DNA of 64,000 nt from Laetmonice hystrix (Eukaryota), in contig OZ249436.1 in the NCBI GenBank assembly GCA_965235115.1, positions 12,588,001 to 12,652,000 on the forward strand, written 5' to 3'. Shown in pieces: positions 12,001 through 27,506 of the stretch (its first letter is position 1; the number at the start of each line of letters is the position of its first letter). The notes under the pieces are model-generated. The model worked only from the letters and a program-made list of their open reading frames with translations. It ran no database searches and was not told where the DNA came from. The position numbers and the translations under genes are program-made.

Positions 12001-15000
12001 GGATATCTGATATAGAAAAGGCGTACAACGTCATTTGCCATTGTTAACTAAACCTTGACGGCAAACAGTCATTGGGACGACCTGACAACGTTGTCGGACG
12101 CGTACAAATGGTCTGTAGGGGACACAGATTATATGAGAGTAGATGATATATAGACGAGACGTAGGGCCTGCCTCCTGGACAATAAAGGCATGGAAACATG
12201 AAACATGAGGCGTCCCTATACTACTGGCTACTCTTGTATACAAGCAAACGGTACAGGGAGGCCAAACAGTACAGGGAGGAATCGCTACAAGGTATACTGG
12301 CTGACCTAGCACCTAAGCGAACACTACAGTGAGGCCCAAGAGTACAGTGAGGCCAAATAGTACACTGTGGGGCCAAGCAGTGTGGGAGGCCAACCAGTAG
12401 GGTGAGAAGTCCCTACATCTTACCGGCTGGCCTATAGTAGACATGCAAACACTACAGTGAGGTTGTGGAAATGAAAGGTACAAGCCAGGAGCATCTAATG
12501 TGAAAATCTGGAGAAGATACTGAAATGGGAAGTGTACACATCACAAGCATATATCTGTAGCGAACGTACGAGACCTATACGTTTGACAGTTATACATCTG
12601 GCCTAAGAATAATAATTTTGGACGGGCGTAGTTTAAGTTGACGTATCAAAAATGTAGCCATTTTTCGCTTATCATTGCTTTAATCTGTCTCTCGCCACAG
12701 GTGCCTGCCAGCCCGGCCAGGTGTACGTGGTGATTCCACCGCTGGCCGGAAGGCGGCAGTGCAGTCAGCGCCGCCGCCGCCGCTTCAGTGGAGCTGCGCT
12801 GCACCCTAGTGTTTTCTGCCTGCAACATCTGTGTGTCATCTTTCTTTGTTTGTTTGTTACTTGGGGATGGGATATCTAATATAGAAAAGGCGTACAACGT
12901 CATTTGCCATTGTTAACTAAACCTTGACGGCAAACAGTCATTGGGACGACCTGACAACGTTGTCGGACGCGTACAAATGGTCTGTAGGGGACACAGATTA
13001 TATGAGAGTAGATGATATATAGACGAGACGTAGGGCCTGCCTCCTGGACAATAAAGGCATGGAAACATGAAACATGAGGCGTCCCTATACTACTGGCTAC
13101 TCTTGTATACAAGCAAACGGTACAGGGAGGCCAAACAGTACAGGGAGGAATCGCTACAAGGTATACTGGCTGACCTAGCACCTAAGCGAACACTACAGTG
13201 AGGCCCAAGAGTACAGTGAGGCCAAATAGTACACTGTGGGGCCAAGCAGTGTGGGAGGCCAACCAGTAGGGTGAGAAGTCCCTACATCTTACCGGCTGGC
13301 CTATAGTAGACATGCAAACACTACAGTGAGGTTGTGGAAATGAAAGGTACAAGCCAGGAGCATCTAATGTGAAAATCTGGAGAAGATACTGAAATGGGAA
13401 GTGTACACATCACAAGCATATATCTGTAGCGAACGTACGAGACCTATACGTTTGACAGTTATACATCTGGCCTAAGAATAATAATTTTGGACGGGCGTAG
13501 TTTAAGTTGACGTATAAAAAATGTAGCCATTTTTCGCTTATCATTGCTTTAATCTGTCTCTCGCCACAGGTGCCTGCCAGCCCGGCCAGGTGTACGTGGT
13601 GATTCCACCGCTGGCCGGAAGGCGGCAGTGCAGTCAGCGCCGCCGCCGCCGCTTCAGTGGAGCTGCGCTGCACCCTAGTGTTTTCTGCCTGCAACATCTG
13701 TGTGTCATCTTTCTTTGTTTGTTTGTTACTTGGGGATGGGATATCTAATATAGAAAAGGCGTACAACGTCATTTGCCATTGTTAACTAAACCTTGACGGC
13801 AAACAGTCATTGGGACGACCTGACAACGTTGTTGGACGCTTACAGATGGTCTGTAGGGGACACAGATTAGATGGGAGTAGATGATAGACGAGACGTATGG
13901 CCTGCCTCCTGGACAATAAAGGCATGGAAACATGAAACATGAGGCGTCCCTATACTACTGGCTACTCTTGTATACAAGCAAACGGTACAGGGAGGCCAAA
14001 CAGTATAGGGAGGAATCGCTACAAGGTATACTGGCTGACCTACCACCCAAGCGAACACTACAGTGAGGCCAAAGAGTACAGTGAGGCCAAATAGTACACT
14101 GTGGGGCCAAGCAGTGTGGGAGGCCAACCAGTAGAGTGAGAAGTCCCTACATCTTACCGGCTGGCCTATAGTAGCCATGCAAACACTACAGTGAGGTAGT
14201 GGAAATGAAAGGTACAGGCGAGGAGCATCTAATGTAAAAGTCTGGAGAACATACTGAAATGGGAAGTGTACACATCACAAGCATATATCTGTAGCGAACG
14301 TACGAGACCTATACGTTTGACAGTTATACATCTGGCCTAAGAATAATAATTTTGGGCGGGCGTAGTTTAAGTTGACGTATCAAAAATGTAGCCATTTTTC
14401 GCTTATCATTGCTTTAACCTGTCTCTCGCCACAGGTGCCTGCCAGCCCGGCCAGGTGTACGTGGTGATTCCACCGCTGGCCGGAAGGCGGCAGTGCAGTC
14501 AGCGCCGCCGCGCCGCTTCAGTGGAGCTGCGCTGCACCCTGGTGTTTTCTGCCTGCAACATCTGTGTGTCATCTTTCTTTGTTTGTTTGTTACTTGGGGA
14601 TGGGATATCTGATATAGAAAAGGCGTACAACGTCATTTGCCATTGTTAACTAAACCTTGACGGCAAACAGTCATTGGGACGACCTGACAACGTTGTTGGA
14701 CGCTTACAGATGGTCTGTAGGGGACACAGATTAGATGGGAGTAGATGATAGACGAGACGTATGGCCTGCCTCCTGGAGAATGAAGGCACGGAAACATGAA
14801 ACATAAGGCGTCCCTATACTACTGGCTACTCTTGTATACAAGCAAACGGTACAGGGAGGCCAAACAGTACAGGGAGGACTCGCTACAAGGTATACTGGCT
14901 GACCTAGCTCCCAAGCGAACACTACAGTGAGGCCAAAGAGTACATTGAGGCCAAATAGTACACTGTGGGGCCAAGCAGTGTGGGAGGCCAACCAGTAGAG

Positions 15001-18000
15001 TGAGAAGTCCCTACATCTTACCGGCTGGCCTATAGTAGCCATGCAAACACTACAGTGAGGTAGTGGAAATGAAAGGTACAGGCGAGGAGCATCTAATGTG
15101 AAAATCTGGAGAACATACTGAAATGGGAAGTGTACACATCACAAGCATATATCTGTAGCGAACGTACGAGACCTATACGTTTGACAGTTATACATCTGGC
15201 CTAAGAATAATAATTTTGGGCGGGCGTAGTTTAAGTTGACGTATCAAAAATGTAGCCATTTTTCGCTTATCATTGCTTTAACCTGTCTCTCGCCACAGGT
15301 GCCTGCCAGCCCGGCCAGGTGTACGTGGTGATTCCACCGCTGGCCGGAAGGCGGCAGTGCAGTCAGCGCCGCCGCGCCGCTTCAGTGGAGCTGCGCTGCA
15401 CCCTGGTGTTTTCTGCCTGCAACATCTGTGTGTCATCTTTCTTTGTTTGTTTGTTACTTGGGGATGGGATATCTGATATAGAAAAGGCGTACAACGTCAT
15501 TTGCCATTGTTAACTAAACCTTGACGGCAAACAGTCATTGGGACGACCTGACAACGTTGTCGGACGCGTACAAATGGTCTGTAGGGGACACAGATTATAT
15601 GAGAGTAGATGATATATAGACGAGACGTAGGGCCTGCCTCCTGGACAATAAAGGCATGGAAACATGAAACATGAGGCGTCCCTATACTACTGGCTACTCT
15701 TGTATACAAGCAAACGGTACAGGGAGGCCAAACAGTACAGGGAGGAATCGCTACAAGGTATACTGGCTGACCTAGCACCTAAGCGAACACTACAGTGAGG
15801 CCCAAGAGTACAGTGAGGCCAAATAGTACACTGTGGGGCCAAGCAGTGTGGGAGGCCAACCAGTAGGGTGAGAAGTCCCTACATCTTACCGGCTGGCCTA
15901 TAGTAGACATGCAAACACTACAGTGAGGTTGTGGAAATGAAAGGTACAAGCCAGGAGCATCTAATGTGAAAATCTGGAGAAGATACTCAAATGGGAAGTG
16001 TACACATCACAAGCATATATCTGTAGCGAACGTACGAGACCTATACGTTTGACAGTTATACATCTGGCCTAAGAATAATAATTTTGGACGGGCGTAGTTT
16101 AAGTTGACGTATCAAAAATGTAGCCATTTTTCGCTTATCATTGCTTTAATCTGTCTCTCGCCACAGGTGCCTGCCAGCCCGGCCAGGTGTACGTGGTGAT
16201 TCCACCGCTGGCCGGAAGGCGGCAGTGCAGTCAGCGCCGCCGCCGCCGCTTCAGTGGAGCTGCGCTGCACCCTAGTGTTTTCTGCCTGCAACATCTGTGT
16301 GTCATCTTTCTTTGTTTGTTTGTTACTTGGGGATGGGATATCTAATATAGAAAAGGCGTACAACGTCATTTGCCATTGTTAACTAAACCTTGACGGCAAA
16401 CAGTCATTGGGACGACCTGACAACGTTGTTGGACGCTTACAGATGGTCTGTAGGGGACACAGATTAGATGGGAGTAGATGATAGACGAGACGTATGGCCT
16501 GCCTCCTGGACAATAAAGGCATGGAAACATGAAACATGAGGCGTCCCTATACTACTGGCTACTCTTGTATACAAGCAAACGGTACAGGGAGGCCAAACAG
16601 TACAGGGAGGAATCGCTACAAGGTATACTGGCTGACCTACCACCCAAGCGAACACTACAGTGAGGCCAAAGAGTACAGTGAGGCCAAATAGTACACTGTG
16701 GGGCCAAGCAGTGTGGGAGGCCAACCAGTAGAGTGAGAAGTCCCTACATCTTACCGGCTGGCCTATAGTAGCCATGCAAACACTACAGTGAGGTAGTGGA
16801 AATGAAAGGTACAGGCGAGGAGCATCTAATGTAAAATTCTGGAGAACATACTGAAATGGGAAGTGTACACATCACAAGCATATATCTGTAGCGAACGTAC
16901 GAGACCTATACGTTTGACAGTTATACATCTGGCCTAAGAATAATAATTTTGGGCGGGCGTAGTTTAAGTTGACGTATCAAAAATGTAGCCATTTTTCGCT
17001 TATCATTGCTTTAACCTGTCTCTCGCCACAGGTGCCTGCCAGCCCGGCCAGGTGTACGTGGTGATTCCACCGCTGGCCGGAAGGCGGCAGTGCAGTCAGC
17101 GCCGCCGCCGCCGCTTCAGTGGAGCTGCGCTGCACCCTGGTGTTTTCTGCCTGCAACATCTGTGTGTCATCTTTCTTTGTTTGTTTGTTACTTGGGGATG
17201 GGATATCTGATATAGAAAAGGCGTACAACGTCATTTGCCATTGTTAACTAAACCTTGACGGCAAACAGTCATTGGGACGACCTGACAACGTTGTCGGACG
17301 CGTACAAATGGTCTGTAGGGGACACAGATTATATGAGAGTAGATGATATATAGACGAGACGTAGGGCCTGCCTCCTGGACAATAAAGGCATGGAAACATG
17401 AAACATGAGGCGTCCCTATACTACTGGCTACTCTTGTATACAAGCAAACGGTACAGGGAGGCCAAACAGTACAGGGAGGAATCGCTACAAGGTATACTGG
17501 CTGACCTAGCACCTAAGCGAACACTACAGTGAGGCCCAAGAGTACAGTGAGGCCAAATAGTACACTGTGGGGCCAAGCAGTGTGGGAGGCCAACCAGTAG
17601 GGTGAGAAGTCCCTACATCTTACCGGCTGGCCTATAGTAGACATGCAAACACTACAGTGAGGTTGTGGAAATGAAAGGTACAAGCCAGGAGCATCTAATG
17701 TGAAAATCTGGAGAAGATACTGAAATGGGAAGTGTACACATCACAAGCATATATCTGTAGCGAACGTACGAGACCTATACGTTTGACAGTTATACATCTG
17801 GCCTAAGAATAATAATTTTGGGCGGGCGTAGTTTAAGTTGACGTATCAAAAATGTAGCCATTTTTCGCTTATCATTGCTTTAACCTGTCTCTCGCCACAG
17901 GTGCCTGCCAGCCCGGCCAGGTGTACGTGGTGATTCCACCGCTGGCCGGAAGGCGGCAGTGCAGTCAGCGCCGCCGCCGCCGCTTCAGTGGAGCTGCGCT

Positions 18001-21000
18001 GCACCCTGGTGTTTTCTGCCTGCAACATCTGTGTGTCATCTTTCTTTGTTTGTTTGTTACTTGGGGATGGGATATCTGATATAGAAAAGGCGTACAACGT
18101 CATTTGCCATTGTTAACTAAACCTTGACGGCAAACAGTCATTGGGACGACCTGACAACGTTGTCGGACGCGTACAAATGGTCTGTAGGGGACACAGATTA
18201 TATGAGAGTAGATGATATATAGACGAGACGTAGGGCCTGCCTCCTGGACAATAAAGGCATGGAAACATGAAACATGAGGCGTCCCTATACTACTGGCTAC
18301 TCTTGTATACAAGCAAACGGTACAGGGAGGCCAAACAGTACAGGGAGGAATCGCTACAAGGTATACTGGCTGACCTAGCACCTAAGCGAACACTACAGTG
18401 AGGCCCAAGAGTACAGTGAGGCCAAATAGTACACTGTGGGGCCAAGCAGTGTGGGAGGCCAACCAGTAGGGTGAGAAGTCCCTACATCTTACCGGCTGGC
18501 CTATAGTAGACATGCAAACACTACAGTGAGGTTGTGGAAATGAAAGGTACAAGCCAGGAGCATCTAATGTGAAAATCTGGAGAAGATACTCAAATGGGAA
18601 GTGTACACATCACAAGCATATATCTGTAGCGAACGTACGAGACCTATACGTTTGACAGTTATACATCTGGCCTAAGAATAATAATTTTGGACGGGCGTAG
18701 TTTAAGTTGACGTATCAAAAATGTAGCCATTTTTCGCTTATCATTGCTTTAATCTGTCTCTCGCCACAGGTGCCTGCCAGCCCGGCCAGGTGTACGTGGT
18801 GATTCCACCGCTGGCCGGAAGGCGGCAGTGCAGTCAGCGCCGCCGCCGCCGCTTCAGTGGAGCTGCGCTGCACCCTAGTGTTTTCTGCCTGCAACATCTG
18901 TGTGTCATCTTTCTTTGTTTGTTTGTTACTTGGGGATGGGATATCTAATATAGAAAAGGCGTACAACGTCATTTGCCATTGTTAACTAAACCTTGACGGC
19001 AAACAGTCATTGGGACGACCTGACAACGTTGTTGGACGCTTACAGATGGTCTGTAGGGGACACAGATTAGATGGGAGTAGATGATAGACGAGACGTATGG
19101 CCTGCCTCCTGGACAATAAAGGCATGGAAACATGAAACATGAGGCGTCCCTATACTACTGGCTACTCTTGTATACAAGCAAACGGTACAGGGAGGCCAAA
19201 CAGTACAGGGAGGAATCGCTACAAGGTATACTGGCTGACCTACCACCCAAGCGAACACTACAGTGAGGCCAAAGAGTACAGTGAGGCCAAATAGTACACT
19301 GTGGGGCCAAGCAGTGTGGGAGGCCAACCAGTAGAGTGAGAAGTCCCTACATCTTACCGGCTGGCCTATAGTAGCCATGCAAACACTACAGTGAGGTAGT
19401 GGAAATGAAAGGTACAGGCGAGGAGCATCTAATGTAAAATTCTGGAGAACATACTGAAATGGGAAGTGTACACATCACAAGCATATATCTGTAGCGAACG
19501 TACGAGACCTATACGTTTGACAGTTATACATCTGGCCTAAGAATAATAATTTTGGGCGGGCGTAGTTTAAGTTGACGTATCAAAAATGTAGCCATTTTTC
19601 GCTTATCATTGCTTTAACCTGTCTCTCGCCACAGGTGCCTGCCAGCCCGGCCAGGTGTACGTGGTGATTCCACCGCTGGCCGGAAGGCGGCAGTGCAGTC
19701 AGCGCCGCCGCCGCCGCTTCAGTGGAGCTGCGCTGCACCCTGGTGTTTTCTGCCTGCAACATCTGTGTGTCATCTTTCTTTGTTTGTTTGTTACTTGGGG
19801 ATGGGATATCTGATATAAAAAAGGCGTACAACGTCATTTGCCATTGTTAACTAAACCTTGACGGCAAACAGTCATTGGGACGACCTGACAACGTTGTCGG
19901 ACGCGTACAAATGGTCTGTAGGGGACACAGATTATATGAGAGTAGATGATATATAGACGAGACGTAGGGCCTGCCTCCTGGACAATAAAGGCATGGAAAC
20001 ATGAAACATGAGGCGTCCCTATACTACTGGCTACTCTTGTATACAAGCAAACGGTACAGGGAGGCCAAACAGTACAGGGAGGAATCGCTACAAGGTATAC
20101 TGGCTGACCTAGCACCTAAGCGAACACTACAGTGAGGCCCAAGAGTACAGTGAGGCCAAATAGTACACTGTGGGGCCAAGCAGTGTGGGAGGCCAACCAG
20201 TAGGGTGAGAAGTCCCTACATCTTACCGGCTGGCCTATAGTAGACATGCAAACACTACAGTGAGGTTGTGGAAATGAAAGGTACAAGCCAGGAGCATCTA
20301 ATGTGAAAATCTGGAGAAGATACTCAAATGGGAAGTGTACACATCACAAGCATATATCTGTAGCGAACGTACGAGACCTATACGTTTGACAGTTATACAT
20401 CTGGCCTAAGAATAATAATTTTGGACGGGCGTAGTTTAAGTTGACGTATCAAAAATGTAGCCATTTTTCGCTTATCATTGCTTTAATCTGTCTCTCGCCA
20501 CAGGTGCCTGCCAGCCCGGCCAGGTGTACGTGGTGATTCCACCGCTGGCCGGAAGGCGGCAGTGCAGTCAGCGCCGCCGCCGCCGCTTCAGTGGAGCTGC
20601 GCTGCACCCTAGTGTTTTCTGCCTGCAACATCTGTGTGTCATCTTTCTTTGTTTGTTTGTTACTTGGGGATGGGATATCTAATATAGAAAAGGCGTACAA
20701 CGTCATTTGCCATTGTTAACTAAACCTTGACGGCAAACAGTCATTGGGACGACCTGACAACGTTGTTGGACGCTTACAGATGGTCTGTAGGGGACACAGA
20801 TTAGATGGGAGTAGATGATAGACGAGACGTATGGCCTGCCTCCTGGACAATAAAGGCATGGAAACATGAAACATGAGGCGTCCCTATACTACTGGCTACT
20901 CTTGTATACAAGCAAACGGTACAGGGAGGCCAAACAGTACAGGGAGGAATCGCTACAAGGTATACTGGCTGACCTACCACCCAAGCGAACACTACAGTGA

Positions 21001-24000
21001 GGCCAAAGAGTACAGTGAGGCCAAATAGTACACTGTGGGGCCAAGCAGTGTGGGAGGCCAACCAGTAGAGTGAGAAGTCCCTACATCTTACCGGCTGGCC
21101 TATAGTAGCCATGCAAACACTACAGTGAGGTAGTGGAAATGAAAGGTACAGGCGAGGAGCATCTAATGTAAAATTCTGGAGAACATACTGAAATGGGAAG
21201 TGTACACATCACAAGCATATATCTGTAGCGAACGTACGAGACCTATACGTTTGACAGTTATACATCTGGCCTAAGAATAATAATTTTGGGCGGGCGTAGT
21301 TTAAGTTGACGTATCAAAAATGTAGCCATTTTTCGCTTATCATTGCTTTAACCTGTCTCTCGCCACAGGTGCCTGCCAGCCCGGCCAGGTGTACGTGGTG
21401 ATTCCACCGCTGGCCGGAAGGCGGCAGTGCAGTCAGCGCCGCCGCCGCCGCTTCAGTGGAGCTGCGCTGCACCCTGGTGTTTTCTGCCTGCAACATCTGT
21501 GTGTCATCTTTCTTTGTTTGTTTGTTACTTGGGGATGGGATATCTGATATAGAAAAGGCGTACAACGTCATTTGCCATTGTTAACTAAACCTTGACGGCA
21601 AACAGTCATTGGGACGACCTGACAACGTTGTCGGACGCGTACAAATGGTCTGTAGGGGACACAGATTATATGAGAGTAGATGATATATAGACGAGACGTA
21701 GGGCCTGCCTCCTGGACAATAAAGGCATGGAAACATGAAACATGAGGCGTCCCTATACTACTGGCTACTCTTGTATACAAGCAAACGGTACAGGGAGGCC
21801 AAACAGTACAGGGAGGAATCGCTACAAGGTATACTGGCTGACCTAGCACCTAAGCGAACACTACAGTGAGGCCCAAGAGTACAGTGAGGCCAAATAGTAC
21901 ACTGTGGGGCCAAGCAGTGTGGGAGGCCAACCAGTAGGGTGAGAAGTCCCTACATCTTACCGGCTGGCCTATAGTAGACATGCAAACACTACAGTGAGGT
22001 TGTGGAAATGAAAGGTACAAGCCAGGAGCATCTAATGTGAAAATCTGGAGAAGATACTGAAATGGGAAGTGTACACATCACAAGCATATATCTGTAGCGA
22101 ACGTACGAGACCTATACGTTTGACAGTTATACATCTGGCCTAAGAATAATAATTTTGGACGGGCGTAGTTTAAGTTGACGTATCAAAAATGTAGCCATTT
22201 TTCGCTTATCATTGCTTTAATCTGTCTCTCGCCACAGGTGCCTGCCAGCCCGGCCAGGTGTACGTGGTGATTCCACCGCTGGCCGGAAGGCGGCAGTGCA
22301 GTCAGCGCCGCCGCCGCCGCTTCAGTGGAGCTGCGCTGCACCCTAGTGTTTTCTGCCTGCAACATCTGTGTGTCATCTTTCTTTGTTTGTTTGTTACTTG
22401 GGGATGGGATATCTAATATAGAAAAGGCGTACAACGTCATTTGCCATTGTTAACTAAACCTTGACGGCAAACAGTCATTGGGACGACCTGACAACGTTGT
22501 CGGACGCGTACAAATGGTCTGTAGGGGACACAGATTATATGAGAGTAGATGATATATAGACGAGACGTAGGGCCTGCCTCCTGGACAATAAAGGCATGGA
22601 AACATGAAACATGAGGCGTCCCTATACTACTGGCTACTCTTGTATACAAGCAAACGGTACAGGGAGGCCAAACAGTACAGGGAGGAATCGCTACAAGGTA
22701 TACTGGCTGACCTAGCACCTAAGCGAACACTACAGTGAGGCCCAAGAGTACAGTGAGGCCAAATAGTACACTGTGGGGCCAAGCAGTGTGGGAGGCCAAC
22801 CAGTAGGGTGAGAAGTCCCTACATCTTACCGGCTGGCCTATAGTAGACATGCAAACACTACAGTGAGGTTGTGGAAATGAAAGGTACAAGCCAGGAGCAT
22901 CTAATGTGAAAATCTGGAGAAGATACTGAAATGGGAAGTGTACACATAACAAGCATATATCTGTAGCGAACGTACGAGACCTATACGTTTGACAGTTATA
23001 CATCTGGCCTAAGAATAATAATTTTGGACGGGCGTAGTTTAAGTTGACGTATCAAAAATGTAGCCATTTTTCGCTTATCATTGCTTTAATCTGTCTCTCG
23101 CCACAGGTGCCTGCCAGCCCGGCCAGGTGTACGTGGTGATTCCACCGCTGGCCGGAAGGCGGCAGTGCAGTCAGCGCCGCCGCGCCGCTTCAGTGGAGCT
23201 GCGCTGCACCCTGGTGTTTTCTGCCTGCAACATCTGTGTGTCATCTTTCTTTGTTTGTTTGTTACTTGGGGATGGGATATCTGATATAGAAAAGGCGTAC
23301 AACGTCATTTGCCATTGTTAACTAAACCTTGACGGCAAACAGTCATTGGGACGACCTGACAACGTTGTTGGACGCTTACAGATGGTCTGTAGGGGACACA
23401 GATTAGATGGGAGTAGATGATAGACGAGACGTATGGCCTGCCTCCTGGAGAATGAAGGCACGGAAACATGAAACATAAGGCGTCCCTATACTACTGGCTA
23501 CTCTTGTATACAAGCAAACGGTACAGGGAGGCCAAACAGTACAGGGAGGACTCGCTACAAGGTATACTGGCTGACCTAGCTCCCAAGCGAACACTACAGT
23601 GAGGCCAAAGAGTACATTGAGGCCAAATAGTACACTGTGGGGCCAAGCAGTGTGGGAGGCCAACCAGTAGAGTGAGAAGTCCCTACATCTTACCGGCTGG
23701 CCTATAGTAGCCATGCAAACACTACAGTGAGGTAGTGGAAATGAAAGGTACAGGCGAGGAGCATCTAATGTAAAAGTCTGGAGAACATACTGAAATGGGA
23801 AGTGTACACATCACAAGCATATATCTGTAGCGAACGTACGAGACCTATACGTTTGACAGTTATACATCTGGCCTAAGAATAATAATTTTGGGCGGGCGTA
23901 GTTTAAGTTGACGTATCAAAAATGTAGCCATTTTTCGCTTATCATTGCTTTAACCTGTCTCTCGCCACAGGTGCCTGCCAGCCCGGCCAGGTGTACGTGG

Positions 24001-27000
24001 TGATTCCACCGCTGGCCGGAAGGCGGCAGTGCAGTCAGCGCCGCCGCCGCCGCTTCAGTGAAGCTGCGCTGCACCCTGGTGTTTTCTGCCTGCAACATCT
24101 GTGTGTCATCTTTCTTTGTTTGTTTGTTACTTGGGGATGGGATATCTGATATAGAAAAGGCGTACAACGTCATTTGCCATTGTTAACTAAACCTTGACGG
24201 CAAACAGTCATTGGGACGACCTGACAACGTTGTTGGACGCTTACAGATGGTCTGTAGGGGACACAGATTAGATGGGAGTAGATGATAGACGAGACGTATG
24301 GCCTGCCTCCTGGACAATGAAGGCACGGAAACATGAAACATAAGGCGCCCCTATACTACTGGCTACTCTTGTATACAAGCAAACGGTACAGGGAGGCCAA
24401 ACAGTACAGGGAGGACTCGCTACAAGGTATACTGGCTGACCTACCTCCCAAGCGAACACTACAGTGAGGCCAAAGAGTACATTGAGGCCAAATAGTACAC
24501 TGTGGGGCCAAGCAGTGTGGGAGGCCAACCAGTAGGGTGAGAAGTCCCTACATCTTACCGGCTGGCCTATAGTAGACATGCAAACACTACAGTGAGGTTG
24601 TGGAAATGAAAGGTACAAGCCAGGAGCATCTAATGTGAAAATCTGGAGAAGATACTCAAATGGGAAGTGTACACATCACAAGCATATATCTGTAGCGAAC
24701 GTACGAGACCTATACGTTTGACAGTTATACATCTGGCCTAAGAATAATAATTTTGGGCGGGCGTAGTTTAAGTTGACGTATCAAAAATGTAGCCATTTTT
24801 CGCTTATCATTGCTTTAACCTGTCTCTCGCCACAGGTGCCTGCCAGCCCGGCCAGGTGTACGTGGTGATTCCACCGCTGGCCGGAAGGCGGCAGTGCAGT
24901 CAGCGCCGCCGCCGCCGCTTCAGTGGAGCTGCGCTGCACCCTAGTGTTTTCTGCCTGCAACATCTGTGTGTCATCTTTCTTTGTTTGTTTGTTACTTGGG
25001 GATGGGATATCTGATATAGAAAAGGCGTACAACGTCATTTGCCATTGTTAACTAAACCTTGACGGCAAACAGTCATTGGGACGACCTGACAACGTTGTCG
25101 GACGCGTACAAATGGTCTGTAGGGGACACAGATTATAAGAGAGTAGATGATATATAGACGAGACGTAGGGCCTGCCTCCTGGACAATAAAGGCATGGAAA
25201 CATGAAACATGAGGCGTCCCTATACTACTGGCTACTCTTGTATACAAGCAAACGGTACAGGGAGGCCAAACAGTACAGGGAGGAATCGCTACAAGGTATA
25301 CTGGCTGACCTACCACCCAAGCGAACAGTACAGTGAGGCCAAAGAGTACAGTGAGGCCAAATAGTACACTGTGGGGCCAAGCAGTGTGGGAGGCCAACCA
25401 GTAGAGTGAGAAGTCCCTACATCTTACCGGCTGGCCTATAGTAGCCATGCAAACACTACAGTGAGGTAGTGGAAATGAAAGGTACAGGCGAGGAGCATCT
25501 AATGTGAAAATCTGGAGAACATACTGAAATGGGAAGTGTACACATCACAAGCATATATCTGTAGCGAACGTACGAGACCTATACGTTTGACAGTTATACA
25601 TCTGGCCTAAGAATAATAATTTTGGGCGGGCGTAGTTTAAGTTGACGTATCAAAAATGTAGCCATTTTTCGCTTATCATTGCTTTAACCTGTCTCTCGCC
25701 ACAGGTGCCTGCCAGCCCGGCCAGGTGTACGTGGTGATTCCACCGCTGGCCGGAAGGCGGCAGTGCAGTCAGCGCCGCCGCCGCCGCTTCAGTGGAGCTG
25801 CGCTGCACCCTGGTGTTTTCTGCCTGCAACATCTGTGTGTCATCTTTCTTTGTTTGTTTGTTACTTGGGGATGGGATATCTGATATAGAAAAGGCGTACA
25901 ACGTCATTTGCCATTGTTAATTAAACCTTGACGGCAAACAGTCATTGGGACGACCTGACAACGTTGTTGGACGCTTACAGATGGTCTGTAGGGGACACAG
26001 ATTAGATGGGAGTAGATGATAGACGAGACGTAGGGCCTGCCTCCTGGACAATAAAGGCATGGAAACATGAAACATGAGGCGTCCCTATACTACTGGCTAC
26101 TCTTGTATACAAGCAAACGGTACAGGGAGGCCAAACAGTACAGGGAGGAATCGCTACAAGGTATACTGGCTGACCTACCACCCAAGCGAACAGTACAGTG
26201 AGGCCAAAGAGTACAGTGAGGCCAAATAGTACACTGTGGGGCCAAGCAGTGTGGGAGGCCAACCAGTAGAGTGAGAAGTCCCTACATCTTACCGGCTGGC
26301 CTATAGTAGCCATGCAAACACTACAGTGAGGTAGTGGAAATGAAAGGTACAGGCGAGGAGCATCTAATGTGAAAATCTGGAGAACATACTGAAATGGGAA
26401 GTGTACACATCACAAGCATATATCTGTAGCGAACGTACGAGACCTATACGTTTGACAGTTATACATCTGGCCTAAGAATAATAATTTTGGGCGGGCGTAG
26501 TTTAAGTTGACGTATCAAAAATGTAGCCATTTTTCGCTTATCATTGCTTTAACCTGTCTCTCGCCACAGGTGCCTGCCAGCCCGGCCAGGTGTACGTGGT
26601 GATTCCACCGCTGGCCGGAAGGCGGCAGTGCAGTCAGCGCCGCCGCCGCCGCTTCAGTGGAGCTGCGCTGCACCCTAGTGTTTTCTGCCTGCAACATCTG
26701 TGTGTCATCTTTCTTTGTTTGTTTGTTACTTGGGGATGGGATATCTAATATAGAAAAGGCGTACAACGTCATTTGCCATTGTTAACTAAACCTTGACGGC
26801 AAACAGTCATTGGGACGACCTGACAACGTTGTCGGACGCGTACAAATGGTCTGTAGGGGACACAGATTATATGAGAGTAGATGATATATAGACGAGACGT
26901 AGGGCCTGCCTCCTGGACAATAAAGGCATGGAAACATGAAACATGAGGCGTCCCTATACTACTGGCTACTCTTGTATACAAGCAAACGGTACAGGGAGGC

Positions 27001-27506
27001 CAAACAGTACAGGGAGGAATCGCTACAAGGTATACTGGCTGACCTACCACCCAAGCGAACACTACAGTGAGGCCAAAGAGTACAGTGAGGCCAAATAGTA
27101 CACTGTGGGGCCAAGCAGTGTGGGAGGCCAACCAGTAGAGTGAGAAGTCCCTACATCTTACCGGCTGGCCTATAGTAGCCATGCAAACACTACAGTGAGG
27201 TTGTGGAAATGAAAGGTACAAGCCAGGAGCATCTAATGTGAAAATCTGGAGAAGATACTGAAATGGGAAGTGTACACATCACAAGCATATATCTGTAGCG
27301 AACGTACGAGACCTATACGTTTGACAGTTATACATCTGGCCTAAGAATAATAATTTTGGACGGGCGTAGTTTAAGTTGACGTATCAAAAATGTAGCCATT
27401 TTTCGCTTATCATTGCTTTAATCTGTCTCTCGCCACAGGTGCCTGCCAGCCCGGCCAGGTGTACGTGGTGATTCCACCGTTGGCCGGAAGGCGGCAGTGC
27501 AGTCAG
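1..27506. repeat. Macrosatellite, left block: about 32 head-to-tail monomers of 865-869 bp (continues beyond window start)
   Basis: Near-identical sequence recurs every 864-869 bp (ORF-track starts 516, 1385, 2250, 3115...). Variants: A (869 bp, gatgatatatagacg), B (865 bp, gatgatagacg), C (ggagaatgaaggcacgg). Ends at ...gcagtgcagtcag 27506. Confidence 0.99.
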
